A stretch of DNA of 64,000 bases from Bdellovibrionota bacterium (GCA_965207455.1 CBDBMJ010000003.1:352001-416000); one strand, 5' to 3'; shown: positions 1 through 10,466, numbered from the stretch's first letter. Numbers and translations are program-made. Notes: a model not told the origin generated them from the sequence alone.

Positions 1-501
1 TAATAAATTCAAAGTATATTCTACTGAGCTGTCTTTATTTCTCTTGAACCCTTGATTAAAAATCCTTCTATGCGTATTAAGCTCATCCACTCTCATTTTG
101 GAATAAAAGTCTCTTATAGGTTTCATTTGATTTTCAGAAACTTTTTCTTTTTCAAGAATCATCTTCAAAACCAAATAATTAGTCCTAATGTCTACTACTA
201 ATAGTTCAGAATGTTTAGACACCAGTCTCAAAATTTCACGCTCAGTAATAAATTTTAAATAACTGGCTTTCTTGACTTTGTGCATAAATTCTATCATATG
301 CTCAAGATGCTCTTTGGCAGAAACTATTGCCTTACTATTCCCTGTTTTCTGTACAGCCCTTTCTTTCGCCTCATTTTTGTCTCTTAGATCTGTCTTGCCT
401 CGTATTTTCGCCTCTGCATTTTCAGGAAAACTGATGAAAATCAGCCCTACCCCGAGTAGACTTAGAAACTGTTGCCTTATTGTTACTTTTGTTGCATCCA
501 T
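1..501 (-). CDS. Hypothetical protein, probably exported; runs off the left edge
   Basis: ATG at 501 with upstream GGAAGGG; frame appears open to position 1; N-terminus MDATKVTIRQQFLSLLGVGLIFISFPENAEA looks like a signal peptide. Confidence 0.6.
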   Translation of the reverse strand, partial: MDATKVTIRQQFLSLLGVGLIFISFPENAEAKIRGKTDLRDKNEAKERAVQKTGNSKAIVSAKEHLEHMIEFMHKVKKASYLKFITEREILRLVSKHSELLVVDIRTNYLVLKMILEKEKVSENQMKPIRDFYSKMRVDELNTHRRIFNQGFKRNKDSSVEYTLNLL

Positions 502-1021
502 TTTTATTATTCCCTTCCTTAAGTTGATTGTAGTACTATGGTAAAATCAATTGCTTTATAGCACTATGCGTCAAGCCGGTCAAATAAAAAGATTAGCTGG
601 GGGTCATTTTTTTTTTTGCAAGAGCAAAATAATTGTTAAATACCTAAAAATACTAGTGAATCTATATTAATCTTTTTCCCGGGAGATCTGGATTATGGCG
701 GCTAAAAACAAGACTAAAATGCTCATATAATGTGTTCGCACGCTAGATCCAAGCAAGTGTGGGTTGATCTTTCCCAAAAAAAACGGACGCTTTTATAATC
801 TGCGATATGGGTATAACTTAAAAAGGTGATTCACCCATTTTTGGCTTAAACCAAGCTTTCTGGCAGCCTCTGATTCTGTTACTTGCCCCAGAACAATGAT
901 CTGCATTTATTTTTCGTCATTATTAACATTCCTTTCCATTAATGCTCCATTACTAATACCTTTATAAAAGAGGTGCATGGTGTGTCTCTTAATAAAATTA
1001 TCAAGAAAAGAGGAAAAAATT

Positions 1022-1543
1022 ATGAACATACTAAAACTAACAATCATATCAATCGTATTTACTATACTTTGTGCTTTGCCAAGCTCTCCAGCTTTTGCCA
1101 TGGGAGAATCTCCCATGACTGAAATGGAGCTAGAAATTGTGCCAAAAGTACCTTCAGGTGCACTGGCAAAGTGTCAAAAAGAGACTATGCTTGATTCTGA
1201 TGGCAATATGCTCTACACAACACTCTGCCAAACTACACAGAAAGTTGAAATGAATGGAGAAGCAGAAACTTTTGTAGTTTTAATGAGCTTAGCAACTGGC
1301 GGACAAGGTGAGAGTTCTTATCTCGAATTTAAAGCAGTCGTATATTCTTACGAAGATATGTTCTCACCAAAAGCCTCTATGGCAATTAACTGTACCAAAA
1401 GTAATACCGGCGAGCACTGTGAGTCTTCAGAAAACCTAGAATCTTTACATGAAAGAGGTTTAAATCTTTATTTGGCGGTTATGCCTGAAAGTAAAGATGA
1501 GCTTGATGTCGGAGTAGTTGAGTTCAAGCTTAAAAAAAGATAA
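1022..1543 (+). CDS. Hypothetical secreted protein
   Basis: ORF 977-1543; ATG 1022 has a GAGG RBS; signal peptide ends SPAFA; several Cys. Confidence 0.65.
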   Translation: MNILKLTIISIVFTILCALPSSPAFAMGESPMTEMELEIVPKVPSGALAKCQKETMLDSDGNMLYTTLCQTTQKVEMNGEAETFVVLMSLATGGQGESSYLEFKAVVYSYEDMFSPKASMAINCTKSNTGEHCESSENLESLHERGLNLYLAVMPESKDELDVGVVEFKLKKR

Positions 1544-1579
1544 GACCACTCGCGAAAGTGCATCTTGTTTCTTGCTTTT

Positions 1580-1701
1580 CCCTCACTAGTTCCTCGCTCG
1601 CTCGGAACCAGCGCGAGTCATTGCTTCGCGTTCGAATCCCTCTGCTTATTTTCTTATGTATAGGTGCTAGGGTTTGAAAGGTTTTTATTCCACATTGTGT
1701 G
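1580..1701 (-). repeat. Partial copy of the tRNA-linked repeat, directly 3' of tRNA-Trp
   Basis: Near-identical to ~18852-18973, which lies directly 3' of tRNA-Ser. Confidence 0.9.
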
Positions 1702-1778
1702 TGGCAGGCCAGGAGGGATTCGAACCCACAGCCCGCGGATTTGGAATCCGCTGCTCTACCAATTGGAGCTACTGGCCT
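1702..1778 (-). tRNA. tRNA-Trp(CCA)
   Basis: AGGCCAG acceptor stem, anticodon loop TT-CCA-AA, GTTCGAATC T-loop, 3' CCA. Confidence 0.97.
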
Positions 1779-1784
1779 AACATC

Positions 1785-2975
1785 TTATTCTAAAATTTCT
1801 GTCACTAAGCCGGCGCCCACTGTTCTGCCGCCTTCTCGTACAGCAAAGCGTAGTTCCTTGTTCATTGCCACAGGTACTAATAACTCCACTTCAAATTGGG
1901 TATTATCTCCAGGCATAACCATCTCCACATCTTTGGGTAATTGTACGGATCCAGTAACGTCTGTGGTTCGGAAATAAAATTGTGGACGGTAGCCGTTAAA
2001 GAACGGAGTGTGTCTTCCACCCTCTTCTTTCGAGAGTATATATACCTCAGCTTTGAATTTCTTGTGGGGTTTAATGGAACCGGGTGCAGCTAGAACTTGT
2101 CCACGCTCCACGTCCTCCCGTTTTGTTCCTCTAAGTAAGGCTCCTATGTTGTCTCCCGCACGACCCTCGTCCAAAAGCTTACGAAACATTTCCACACCCG
2201 TAACGATGGTTTTTGTGGTGTCTTTAATTCCCACGATTTCCACCTCTCCACCTACTTTTATAATTCCTTGCTCCACACGACCCGTTGCCACAGTTCCCCT
2301 ACCTGAAATGGAGAACACATCCTCCACAGGCATAAGGAATGGTTTGTCGATTTCACGCTTGGGCTCTGCAATAGTGCTGTCCACGGCTTCCATTAATTTT
2401 TCAATGGCAGGGGCACCAAGCTCAGAGGTGTCTCCCTCTAAGGCCTTGAGGGCAGAACCTATGATGATAGGAATTTTGTCGCCGGGAAATTCATAGCTGG
2501 AAAGTAGCTCCCGCACTTCCATTTCCACGAGTTCTAGAAGTTCTTTGTCGTCCACCATGTCTGCCTTATTTAAAAAGACCACAAGGGCAGGAACTCCCAC
2601 CTGACGAGCCAAAAGGATATGCTCCCTTGTCTGAGGCATGGGACCGTCGGCAGCGCTCACCACTAGAATGCCACCATCCATTTGGGCAGCTCCCGTAATC
2701 ATATTTTTCACATAGTCGGCGTGGCCTGGACAGTCTACGTGGGCGTAGTGGCGATTGCTTGTTTCATATTCCACGTGGGCTGTGTTGATGGTAATTCCAC
2801 GAGCCTTTTCCTCAGGTGCAGAGTCGATATCCGCATAGTCCCGAAACACACCCCCTTGCTTGGCCGACAATATTTTTGTAATTGCCGCTGTTAGGGTTGT
2901 TTTTCCATGGTCGACGTGACCAATTGTTCCGATGTTTAAGTGGGGTTTTGTCCGCTTAAATTTTTCTTTTGCCAT
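1785..2975 (-). CDS. tuf: Elongation factor Tu
   Basis: MAKEKF start with [21 protein letters not shown] and NKAD motifs; 396 aa. Confidence 0.99.
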   Translation of the reverse strand: MAKEKFKRTKPHLNIGTIGHVDHGKTTLTAAITKILSAKQGGVFRDYADIDSAPEEKARGITINTAHVEYETSNRHYAHVDCPGHADYVKNMITGAAQMDGGILVVSAADGPMPQTREHILLARQVGVPALVVFLNKADMVDDKELLELVEMEVRELLSSYEFPGDKIPIIIGSALKALEGDTSELGAPAIEKLMEAVDSTIAEPKREIDKPFLMPVEDVFSISGRGTVATGRVEQGIIKVGGEVEIVGIKDTTKTIVTGVEMFRKLLDEGRAGDNIGALLRGTKREDVERGQVLAAPGSIKPHKKFKAEVYILSKEEGGRHTPFFNGYRPQFYFRTTDVTGSVQLPKDVEMVMPGDNTQFEVELLVPVAMNKELRFAVREGGRTVGAGLVTEILE

Positions 2976-3013
2976 AATGTATTGCCTCCTAATAAAATTT
3001 CCATTCCCAAACT

Positions 3014-3090
3014 TGGAGCTCACAACGGGATTCGAACCCGTGACCTCTTCCTTACCAAGGAAGTGCTCTAGCCATCTGAGCTACATGAGC
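3014..3090 (-). tRNA. tRNA-Thr(GGT)
   Basis: Cloverleaf with CTTCC-TTGGTAA-GGAAG anticodon arm and 3' CCA; usual position upstream of tuf. Confidence 0.97.
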
Positions 3091-3173
3091 ATAAGCATTG
3101 GCCATTTTATAACTCAATTTATGTTGATGCTAATTAAAAAAAATAACAAGAGCAAATTTTTTATTCGTCCATT

Positions 3174-4130
3174 TTATTTATTGGAGCAGTGCACCTGCCT
3201 TTTTACGCAAAAACACTTCCACCCAGTATCAGGACCCCTGCGACTAGCCACACAACCGTCATCACGACCACTCAAGCTCTTACCTATGGTAAATAAACGA
3301 AAGTCCTTCTCTCTGCACTGCTTTGCTGCCTCTATACCATGTTGCTTGATGGCAGAACCTTTAACCCTCGCATCAATTGAATCTATGCTCTCACCTAATT
3401 TTGCTTTATATATGGAGCAACCTCCGACGTTTAAGGTCAGCGAATCACCGTTGCCCTCTTCCAACCTCTTTTTTTCCTCAGCAGCCTTTTTTTCTTGCCT
3501 AAGTTGTTCCGTTGCACGCCCTGCCCCCAGCTGTGCATACTTTCTAATGCTCATCTCTTCCTCATCCGTTGACCCCTCTGTAGCAGCAATAGCTTTATTA
3601 TACCATTCCAATGCCGTCGCTGGGTTTATGTCATCAAACGTGGTGCCTCCCCTAGCAGTGAGATAATACCCACCAAGAACAAGCTTTGCTCTCAAGGACC
3701 CCGATCTGGAAGCGTTCTTATACATTTGTACTGCTTTTCCATAGTCTCGTGCCTTCAGCGGACTGGACCCTTGGTCGTATACAGTGGCCAATTTATATTC
3801 GGCATCTACAAAGCCTTTCCCCGCAGCTTTTTTAAGCCAGTGAAACCCTTCTCTTGCCTCTCTTTGAACGCCAAGCCCAGAATAATACAACTGACTGAGT
3901 TCATACATTGCCTGCGCATTATCACCCTTTTCAGCTGCTTGCTTCGTCCGAATAAAATGTTCTTTTTCCTCTATTTCTCTAAACAAATGGTAAGGGGAAC
4001 TCTCCACTTGCGAACAGCTCTCTTGACTATCTACTGTCCCCACCAATGCTTGTGTGGGTAGGTGATGGCTCATTAGTAGTACGAGCACCAAATAAAGGCT
4101 TTCTGTTTTATTTTTAACTCTCATGCTCAT
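3174..4130 (-). CDS. Secreted Sel1-repeat protein with Cys-rich C-terminal domain
   Basis: Signal peptide; Sel1 motifs AQAMYELSQLYYSGLGV...WLKKAAGKG and AEYKLATVYDQG; 6 Cys in the last ~85 aa. Confidence 0.8.
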   Translation of the reverse strand: MSMRVKNKTESLYLVLVLLMSHHLPTQALVGTVDSQESCSQVESSPYHLFREIEEKEHFIRTKQAAEKGDNAQAMYELSQLYYSGLGVQREAREGFHWLKKAAGKGFVDAEYKLATVYDQGSSPLKARDYGKAVQMYKNASRSGSLRAKLVLGGYYLTARGGTTFDDINPATALEWYNKAIAATEGSTDEEEMSIRKYAQLGAGRATEQLRQEKKAAEEKKRLEEGNGDSLTLNVGGCSIYKAKLGESIDSIDARVKGSAIKQHGIEAAKQCREKDFRLFTIGKSLSGRDDGCVASRRGPDTGWKCFCVKRQVHCSNK

Positions 4131-4309
4131 TACTCCCTTATAAAAATTACATGATTAATATTGTTTTATACCGTATCTCTTACGGTGCGTAACGTCAAAT
4201 CTTTTTGGCTTTAACCCGACCTGCAACGCCTTGATTCTTCCGACTTTTACGAAAACTCTGTATTAAAATAAAAATGCCTATAGTATAGAAATTACTAAGC
4301 GTTTTCTGA

Positions 4310-4386
4310 GGCTTCGTAGCTCAGCTGGATAGAGCAACAGCCTTCTAAGCTGTGGGTCGCAGGTTCGAGTCCTGCCGGAGTCGCCA
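4310..4386 (+). tRNA. tRNA-Arg(TCT)
   Basis: ACAGC-CTTCTAA-GCTGT anticodon arm, GTTCGAGTC T-loop, 3' CCA. Confidence 0.97.
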
Positions 4387-4431
4387 TTTTTTTCGACAAG
4401 TGTCTATTTTTTAGTCAGTCGAGGGTGCTAC

Positions 4432-4455
4432 AAAAGCCGCCCTTCTGTGGCTTTC
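4432..4455 (+). terminator. Probable intrinsic terminator after tRNA-Arg
   Basis: AAAAGCCGC-CCTTCT-GTGGCTTTT hairpin. Confidence 0.55.
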
Positions 4456-4530
4456 TCATCTAGCAATACATACAAACTCGCAAGTATTTAAAAATGAAGG
4501 GTTTTTTACTATCCCTCTTTTGAGGTATTT

Positions 4531-4546
4531 TGGCACAGTATTTGCA
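4531..4546 (+). promoter_or_regulatory. Sigma-54 (-24/-12) promoter
   Basis: TGGCACAGTATTTGCA has GG-N10-GC and closely matches the consensus TGGCACG-N4-TTGCW; ~55 nt upstream of ATG 4601. Confidence 0.75.
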
Positions 4547-4600
4547 TTATATAAATACATGAGACAAATAGTATTAACAAAATTAAGAAGGAGAAAGAAA

Positions 4601-4982
4601 ATGAAAAAGAATAAAAATATAATAACCACGATAGCACTGGTCTTTGCTATAGCATTGCCAACAACTGGATACTCCACAGACACAGCAGATAAAAAAACAT
4701 GGGGGAGAAACATATGATATTTGTAGAGAATGGTTCAAAAAGACAACTTTTCACTCAGAATCGAAATTCCAAATGACTCTGCAATATGTTGAGCCGATTA
4801 TGTCTTTTTATAACATAATTTTCTGCTCTGGACATTCTACTCTAGTTAGTACCGGTAATCTTTTTAGTTCTGGAGATTCTAATGACCCTGCCGTTCAATC
4901 GGACCACCCATCGAGTAATAAAAACGATGCTCCGTCTAACAAAACCTCTACGAGCAGTAAAAAAAGCGGATCTGCCATATAG
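4601..4982 (+). pseudogene. Frameshifted small secreted protein (~126 aa if restored)
   Basis: AGGAG RBS and signal peptide; removing one base from the A7/G5 runs (4691-4705) joins it in frame to ORF 4773-4982. Confidence 0.6.
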
Positions 4983-5095
4983 GATCTGCGTTGATCATGC
5001 AATTATCCTAAGGCAAAAACTTTCTTTGAAAAAACTATGATAGAATCAAGTGTAACTTTGTTGTAGTTAATGGGAAAAATAGAGCGAATAAAAAA

Positions 5096-6265
5096 ATGGG
5101 CAACAGATCAAATATCCACAAGAGCCAAAAAATAGAAACAACCGCTATTCATGCAGGAGAAAGGGAGCATTCATGGAATGGAGCTATTGTTCCTCCTATT
5201 TTTCAATCGTCCACGTTTGAAGGCACTGGTGAGGAGAAAGAGTATAAAGACATTCAATACCTGCGTTTAAATAACAGTCCTGCCCATACATTATTACAAA
5301 AAAAAATATCTCTTTTAGAACATGGGGAGTCTGCTCTCGTTATGGCCAGTGGAATGGCTGCCATTAGCACCACCTTATTGACTGCTCTTAGTGCTGGTGA
5401 TCAGCTTCTCGCCCAGGAATGTCTTTATGGGGGAACCATCCATCTTCTCCAAGGGCATGCTCAGGCATTGGGCTGGAAGTACGAGACTATAGATTTAAGC
5501 CAACCCAGTACTTGGAAGCAGAAGCTTTGTAAGGAAACAAAGGTGGTGTATGTGGAGTCCATCACGAATCCTTTATTGCAGGTTGGAGATTTAAGAAGAG
5601 TTGTGGAGTTTGCAAAAGAGCATGGCTTGGTGACAATTATTGATAATACAATTGCCTCGCCTGTAAACTTTAATCCTATTGATATTGGTTTCGATCTTGT
5701 GTGTCACAGTTCCACGAAATACATGAATGGACATAGCGACATTGTCGCTGGCTGTGTAATTGGTCGGCACGCGTGGATAGATAAAATAAAAGAAAAACTT
5801 ATTTGCATGGGCGCTACTCTAGATCCTCACGCTTGTTTTCTTCTCAATCGGGGATTGAAGACCATGCCCCTTCGGGTGCGTGAGCAAAACAAAAACGCTA
5901 AAAAATTAGCTCAATTTCTCCACTCTCACCCATCCGTGGAAAAAGTTTACTACCCAGGATTGGAAACCCATCCAGATCACTTACGTGCAAAGGAACTTTT
6001 TTCTGGCTTCAGTGGTGTTTTAAGTTTTGAGTTAAAGGGAGACATTTCAAAAGCAAAAACTTTTTTGAGTAAGCTCACGATTCCATACTTTGCTCCCAGT
6101 CTCGGTGGAGTAGAAACGTTAATCACTCGACCTGCAGCCAGTTCCCATAAGGCAGTTCCACCAAAAGATCGTGCTCGACTTGGAATCCGAGATACGTTGA
6201 TCCGCCTATCTGTTGGCCTTGAAGCAATTGAAGATTTGCAGGCAGACCTCGAACAAGCTTTATAA
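5096..6265 (+). CDS. Cys/Met metabolism PLP-dependent enzyme (cystathionine gamma-synthase/lyase family)
   Basis: PPIFQSST, ASGMAAI, IIDNT, HSSTKYMNGHSD (PLP lysine), SLGGVET, IRLSVGLE. Confidence 0.93.
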   Translation: MGNRSNIHKSQKIETTAIHAGEREHSWNGAIVPPIFQSSTFEGTGEEKEYKDIQYLRLNNSPAHTLLQKKISLLEHGESALVMASGMAAISTTLLTALSAGDQLLAQECLYGGTIHLLQGHAQALGWKYETIDLSQPSTWKQKLCKETKVVYVESITNPLLQVGDLRRVVEFAKEHGLVTIIDNTIASPVNFNPIDIGFDLVCHSSTKYMNGHSDIVAGCVIGRHAWIDKIKEKLICMGATLDPHACFLLNRGLKTMPLRVREQNKNAKKLAQFLHSHPSVEKVYYPGLETHPDHLRAKELFSGFSGVLSFELKGDISKAKTFLSKLTIPYFAPSLGGVETLITRPAASSHKAVPPKDRARLGIRDTLIRLSVGLEAIEDLQADLEQAL

Positions 6266-6471
6266 TAAAAACAGGTAAATTATATTTGTTGTACATTGTT
6301 CCGTTATTTATTGACGGCAAAAACGTGTATTTCTTTATTAAAAAAAAAATATTGCTCCACTTGTTATAGATACTTGAGTTCTATATGGAACTGAGCGAAA
6401 ATGATATAAAATGTAAGGATTATGGATTATCCTGTTTTCCTGACCATCTTAACTGTAAATGGAGTTACAAT

Positions 6472-6834
6472 ATGGACAATAAGCGTAAAAAAGTATACCA
6501 AGAATGTAAGCAAAAACTTCTCACACTAAGAGAGGAGCTTATAAATAAATTAAAAGAAAAGCGTTATGATCTTACGGATAAAGTGGAGGGCGACGAGGGC
6601 GATATGGCTCAAGTTTTCCAAAATCAAAACTCCTCCATCTCCCAGCGTGAAAATAATCTAAAACGTTTAGTCGAGATCGACCATGCTTTAGAAAATATTG
6701 AGAACGGCAGCTATGGCGTTTGTGAAGAAACGGAGGAACCCATTGAGTTGGAGCGTTTACTTGCCATTCCTTGGACGAGTTTAAGTATCGAGGGAGCTCA
6801 AATTATCGAAAGTCAAAGAAAACGCTTTGGATAG
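6472..6834 (+). CDS. DksA/TraR family protein
   Basis: GGAG RBS before ATG 6472; DEGDMA coiled-coil tip; YGVCEETEEPIELERLLAIPW. Confidence 0.88.
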   Translation: MDNKRKKVYQECKQKLLTLREELINKLKEKRYDLTDKVEGDEGDMAQVFQNQNSSISQRENNLKRLVEIDHALENIENGSYGVCEETEEPIELERLLAIPWTSLSIEGAQIIESQRKRFG

Positions 6835-6842
6835 CAACGGAC

Positions 6843-9800
6843 TTACACCCTAACTTGAACGGACACCATTTTCGACATACCAGCATTTTCCATGGTAACA
6901 CCATAGAGTTTATCATTTAATTCCATCGTTCTCTTATTGTGGGTGATTACAATAAACTGAGACGTTTGTGCCATTTCTCTTAGAAGAGTATTAAAGCGAC
7001 CAATATTGGCATCATCTAATGGAGCATCCACCTCATCTAAGAGACAAAACGGACTTGGCTTCACAAGAAAAATAGAAAAAATAAGGCTAATGGCTGTTAG
7101 GGTTTTTTCTCCACCCGAAAGCAGATTAATGTTTTGTAATTTTTTACCCGGCGGTTGGGCCATAATATCCACTCCTGTTTCTATAAACGAATCTGGATCG
7201 GTGAGTGTGAGCTTAGCTTCTCCTCCACCAAACAAGGCTGGGAATATTTTCACAAACTGTTTATCCACTTCATTGAAGGCACGGAAGAATCGTTCCTTGG
7301 AGATTTTATTCAGTTTTTCTATGGTTGCTCGCAGATCTTTCATAGAATTTTCTAAATCTTCTTTTTGTTCCGTAAGGAATGTGTATCGCTCGTTAAGCTC
7401 GTCGAACTCTTCAATGGCCGCTGTATTTACATCACCAAGCTTGCGGATCTTTTCACGAAAGCGCACAACATCCAGTTGCAGGTTTTTCCTAAATGCCTCA
7501 TCTTGACTCTTCAGGCTCTCCACCTGTTCAATAACTTCTGGTGTTTGAGTGTACTCCCCTAGCTCCACACCGTATTTTTCTAAAATATTGTCGTGGAGGT
7601 TTTGGGATTCCATCTCTGCTTCCTTTAGGCTTAACGTGTAGTCATGGAGCTTGTCTTTAATCTGACGTTCTTCAGTAAAGGCCTCCTCTGATGTCTCCCG
7701 GTATTTATCCAGCTCACTATTAAGCCTATCCACTTCATCCTTAGCCGTTCGGTAAGCATTCTCACCCTCTGCAACAGCTGTAGTGGTTTCTTTTATCTCT
7801 TTTTCCAACTGGGAGATTCCTGCCACAGTTTCTTCTCCCAACACTTTCTTTTCTTGTGACTTTTCAAGGAGATTGGCAATACGACTCTGTGCTGCCTCCA
7901 AACCCTCCCTTGCATACTCCAGTCTGCCCTGGGCGGATTTTTTTTGTTCCAAAACTGAGGCTTCTTCCACCCTAACTTTAGACAAATCCTCTTGGCTCTC
8001 CTGTGCTTCTGTTCTCAATCCGGCTAATTTTTCCCTTGCTGCTTCCCATGTGAATTCCAAGTCTGCTTTCTTTTTTTCCAACTCCTGGGTTTTTCCCTCT
8101 AAAGTCTCTTGTTTTGTTTTAAGTTCTTCCTCTTCTCTAGAAAAATTCTCCCATTCTTCGCCTGTGTTTTTTACTGCCGCACTAACTTCAACGTACTTCG
8201 CTTCAACAGATGCAAGCAAAGAAGATTTTTCAGAAACCAGGGGCCAGTGCTTTTCTTTTTGAGCAAGTTCAAGGGTTATGCGATCGCTTTCACAGCCTTC
8301 CAATATACCCTCTTGTTGTGCGAGGCTGTCCTGCATTTTTTGAAACTTCTCCTCTAACCCCACAAGTGTTTCTTCCAATTGAAGAATCTCTTGGTTGCGC
8401 ATCACTAAAGTACCCGCAGTTTTTCCTCGGTAGCCACCAGCCAAATACCAAGCTCCTTTACAAATCTCGCCATCATCTGTAACAAAAGTATAATCTGGAT
8501 AGGTGCACGCAAGGGATTGGGCTGTGGCAAGATTGTGGGCATGGAATGTGTTTTTTAAGATGAATTGTAAAAATCGACCCTGGCTAGGATTCTCTTCCTG
8601 TAACCTTACAAAACGCAACAGCGGACAAAGGGATTTATCTTCATCAACACCAACGGGAACTTCACCCACCTGTGTGAGATCTGCAAAAGCAGCATGACCA
8701 CTTTCCCCCTCTCTTAACTTCTGTGCCAATTCACAAGCCACAGAACTATTGTTCGTAAGTATAAGTTCTAAGTGCGTGCCAAGGGCTGCATCCACAGCCA
8801 CTTCTTTTCCCGACTCCACAATAACTAAATCGGCCAATGTGCCCAGTACATGTTCTTGCCAAGACTCGTTATGAACAAGTAAATCTTGAAACACGGCTTG
8901 CACCCCTGAGGCGCTACCTTCATAACGAGATTTTTGCTCCCGTAACGTTCCCAACTTAGCCTGTGTCCCTGCCCTCTGCGCTCCAAGCGCGGAGGCCTCC
9001 CTTTGCTGGTTTTGCGTTTCTTCCCGTAGTCCATGTATCTTTTCAGAAACAACCTTGAGATTGCCTTCTGCAATTTTTGCTTCCTCTTGAACTTGCTTTA
9101 AACCGTCGCGAACTCTTTGCTCCTCGTGAAGTAATTTTTCTTGAGCCTCTTTTTTCTCTCCCAACTGAGTTTCTAAAAGTTTATTTTTTTTCTGTACATC
9201 CGTAAGCCTGTTCTCCACCGTACGAAGCTCCTGCTCTAAATCCACACACTCCACACTCGATTGGGTCAATAGATTGCGACTCTCCTCTGCATACTCCTCT
9301 CCCGATTGCAACGCTTCCCTCTTATCAGTCGCAATGCTTTCCTTTTCCGTTCGTCGGCTAGAAATTTCCTCATATAAATCTTGTATGGAATCGCTGTTTT
9401 CTTGATGTTCCGTACGCTGGCTCTCTAAACCAAGAAGCTGGGATCGCTCCACTTCTTCCTCTTCTTCTAACACTTGGGCCGTTTTTTCTACGTCTTCCAA
9501 AAACTTTCGTTTATACAGGAGATTGCTTTCTACGGTACTGAACTGCTCCCGCTGGCTTATCCATTTCTGCTGAAGCTCCTCACTTAGTTTACCCGATGAA
9601 ACTACCTCTAGGCGCTTTTGTACCACATAGGTATCCGCCGTTTCTCTCCGCAATTGTAATTCCAACGACTGCGCTTCTTGTTTTTCTTTGCTCTCCCCTA
9701 AGGTGTCGATCTTCTCCCTCACCTGCTCCCACTGGTAAGCACTGGAGGATAACTCCATGCCATGGAGCTTTGCTTTCCACTCCTTATATCGACGAGCTTT

Positions 9801-10466
9801 TTCTGCCTGTCTTTCCATCTGTCGCTTTTGGCTTTCAATTTCCTTTAATATGTCGGTAACACGCAAAAGATTTTGCTCAGTACTTTCCAACTTGCGAGCA
9901 GACTCTCGCTTACGAGATTTATATTTTGTAATCCCTGCCACGTCCTCTATCATTGCTCGCCTGTCCTCAGGCTTTGCATTCACTAGCTCAGAAATTTTCC
10001 CCTGCTGAACAATGGAATACCCTCGCACGCCTGCACCCGTATCCATAAATAATTCTTGTATGTCCCGAAGACGACAAGGCATCTTGTTGAGTAAATACTC
10101 ACTCTCCCCATCCCGGTATAACCTACGCGTAATCGTCATCTCTCTAGCAATGGGATTCTCCACATTTGTTGCGCCCGCTGGAGCATTCGGCCCACTAATT
10201 TCCGGCAACATTTGAAGAATAAGACTCACTTCGGCAATATTCGCAGGAGCGGCCTCTTTGGTACCGCTAAAGATGAGATCCTCCATGGATTGACCCCTAA
10301 GGTTCCGTGGATTCAATTCCCCCAAAACCCAAAAAAAGGCATCCACTATATTGGACTTTCCACAGCCATTCGGGCCCACAATACCCGTAATCCCCTCATC
10401 AAAGTGGATCACCGTCTTGTCCTTAAATGACTTAAACCCCTGTAATTCTAACCGCTTAATCAGCAT
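6843..10466 (-). CDS. smc: Chromosome segregation protein SMC
   Basis: GFKSF, GPNGCGKSN, long coiled coils with hinge, LSGGEK, LDEVDAPLD. Confidence 0.98.
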   Translation of the reverse strand: MLIKRLELQGFKSFKDKTVIHFDEGITGIVGPNGCGKSNIVDAFFWVLGELNPRNLRGQSMEDLIFSGTKEAAPANIAEVSLILQMLPEISGPNAPAGATNVENPIAREMTITRRLYRDGESEYLLNKMPCRLRDIQELFMDTGAGVRGYSIVQQGKISELVNAKPEDRRAMIEDVAGITKYKSRKRESARKLESTEQNLLRVTDILKEIESQKRQMERQAEKARRYKEWKAKLHGMELSSSAYQWEQVREKIDTLGESKEKQEAQSLELQLRRETADTYVVQKRLEVVSSGKLSEELQQKWISQREQFSTVESNLLYKRKFLEDVEKTAQVLEEEEEVERSQLLGLESQRTEHQENSDSIQDLYEEISSRRTEKESIATDKREALQSGEEYAEESRNLLTQSSVECVDLEQELRTVENRLTDVQKKNKLLETQLGEKKEAQEKLLHEEQRVRDGLKQVQEEAKIAEGNLKVVSEKIHGLREETQNQQREASALGAQRAGTQAKLGTLREQKSRYEGSASGVQAVFQDLLVHNESWQEHVLGTLADLVIVESGKEVAVDAALGTHLELILTNNSSVACELAQKLREGESGHAAFADLTQVGEVPVGVDEDKSLCPLLRFVRLQEENPSQGRFLQFILKNTFHAHNLATAQSLACTYPDYTFVTDDGEICKGAWYLAGGYRGKTAGTLVMRNQEILQLEETLVGLEEKFQKMQDSLAQQEGILEGCESDRITLELAQKEKHWPLVSEKSSLLASVEAKYVEVSAAVKNTGEEWENFSREEEELKTKQETLEGKTQELEKKKADLEFTWEAAREKLAGLRTEAQESQEDLSKVRVEEASVLEQKKSAQGRLEYAREGLEAAQSRIANLLEKSQEKKVLGEETVAGISQLEKEIKETTTAVAEGENAYRTAKDEVDRLNSELDKYRETSEEAFTEERQIKDKLHDYTLSLKEAEMESQNLHDNILEKYGVELGEYTQTPEVIEQVESLKSQDEAFRKNLQLDVVRFREKIRKLGDVNTAAIEEFDELNERYTFLTEQKEDLENSMKDLRATIEKLNKISKERFFRAFNEVDKQFVKIFPALFGGGEAKLTLTDPDSFIETGVDIMAQPPGKKLQNINLLSGGEKTLTAISLIFSIFLVKPSPFCLLDEVDAPLDDANIGRFNTLLREMAQTSQFIVITHNKRTMELNDKLYGVTMENAGMSKMVSVQVRV

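Noticed and set aside
545..970. Possible gene remnant or ncRNA in a long intergenic stretch
   Set aside because: No recognisable motif, sustained frame or convincing structure
2976..3023. N-terminal extension of EF-Tu in the ORF track
   Set aside because: Overlaps tRNA-Thr; the RBS and the conserved MAKEKF start place initiation at 2975
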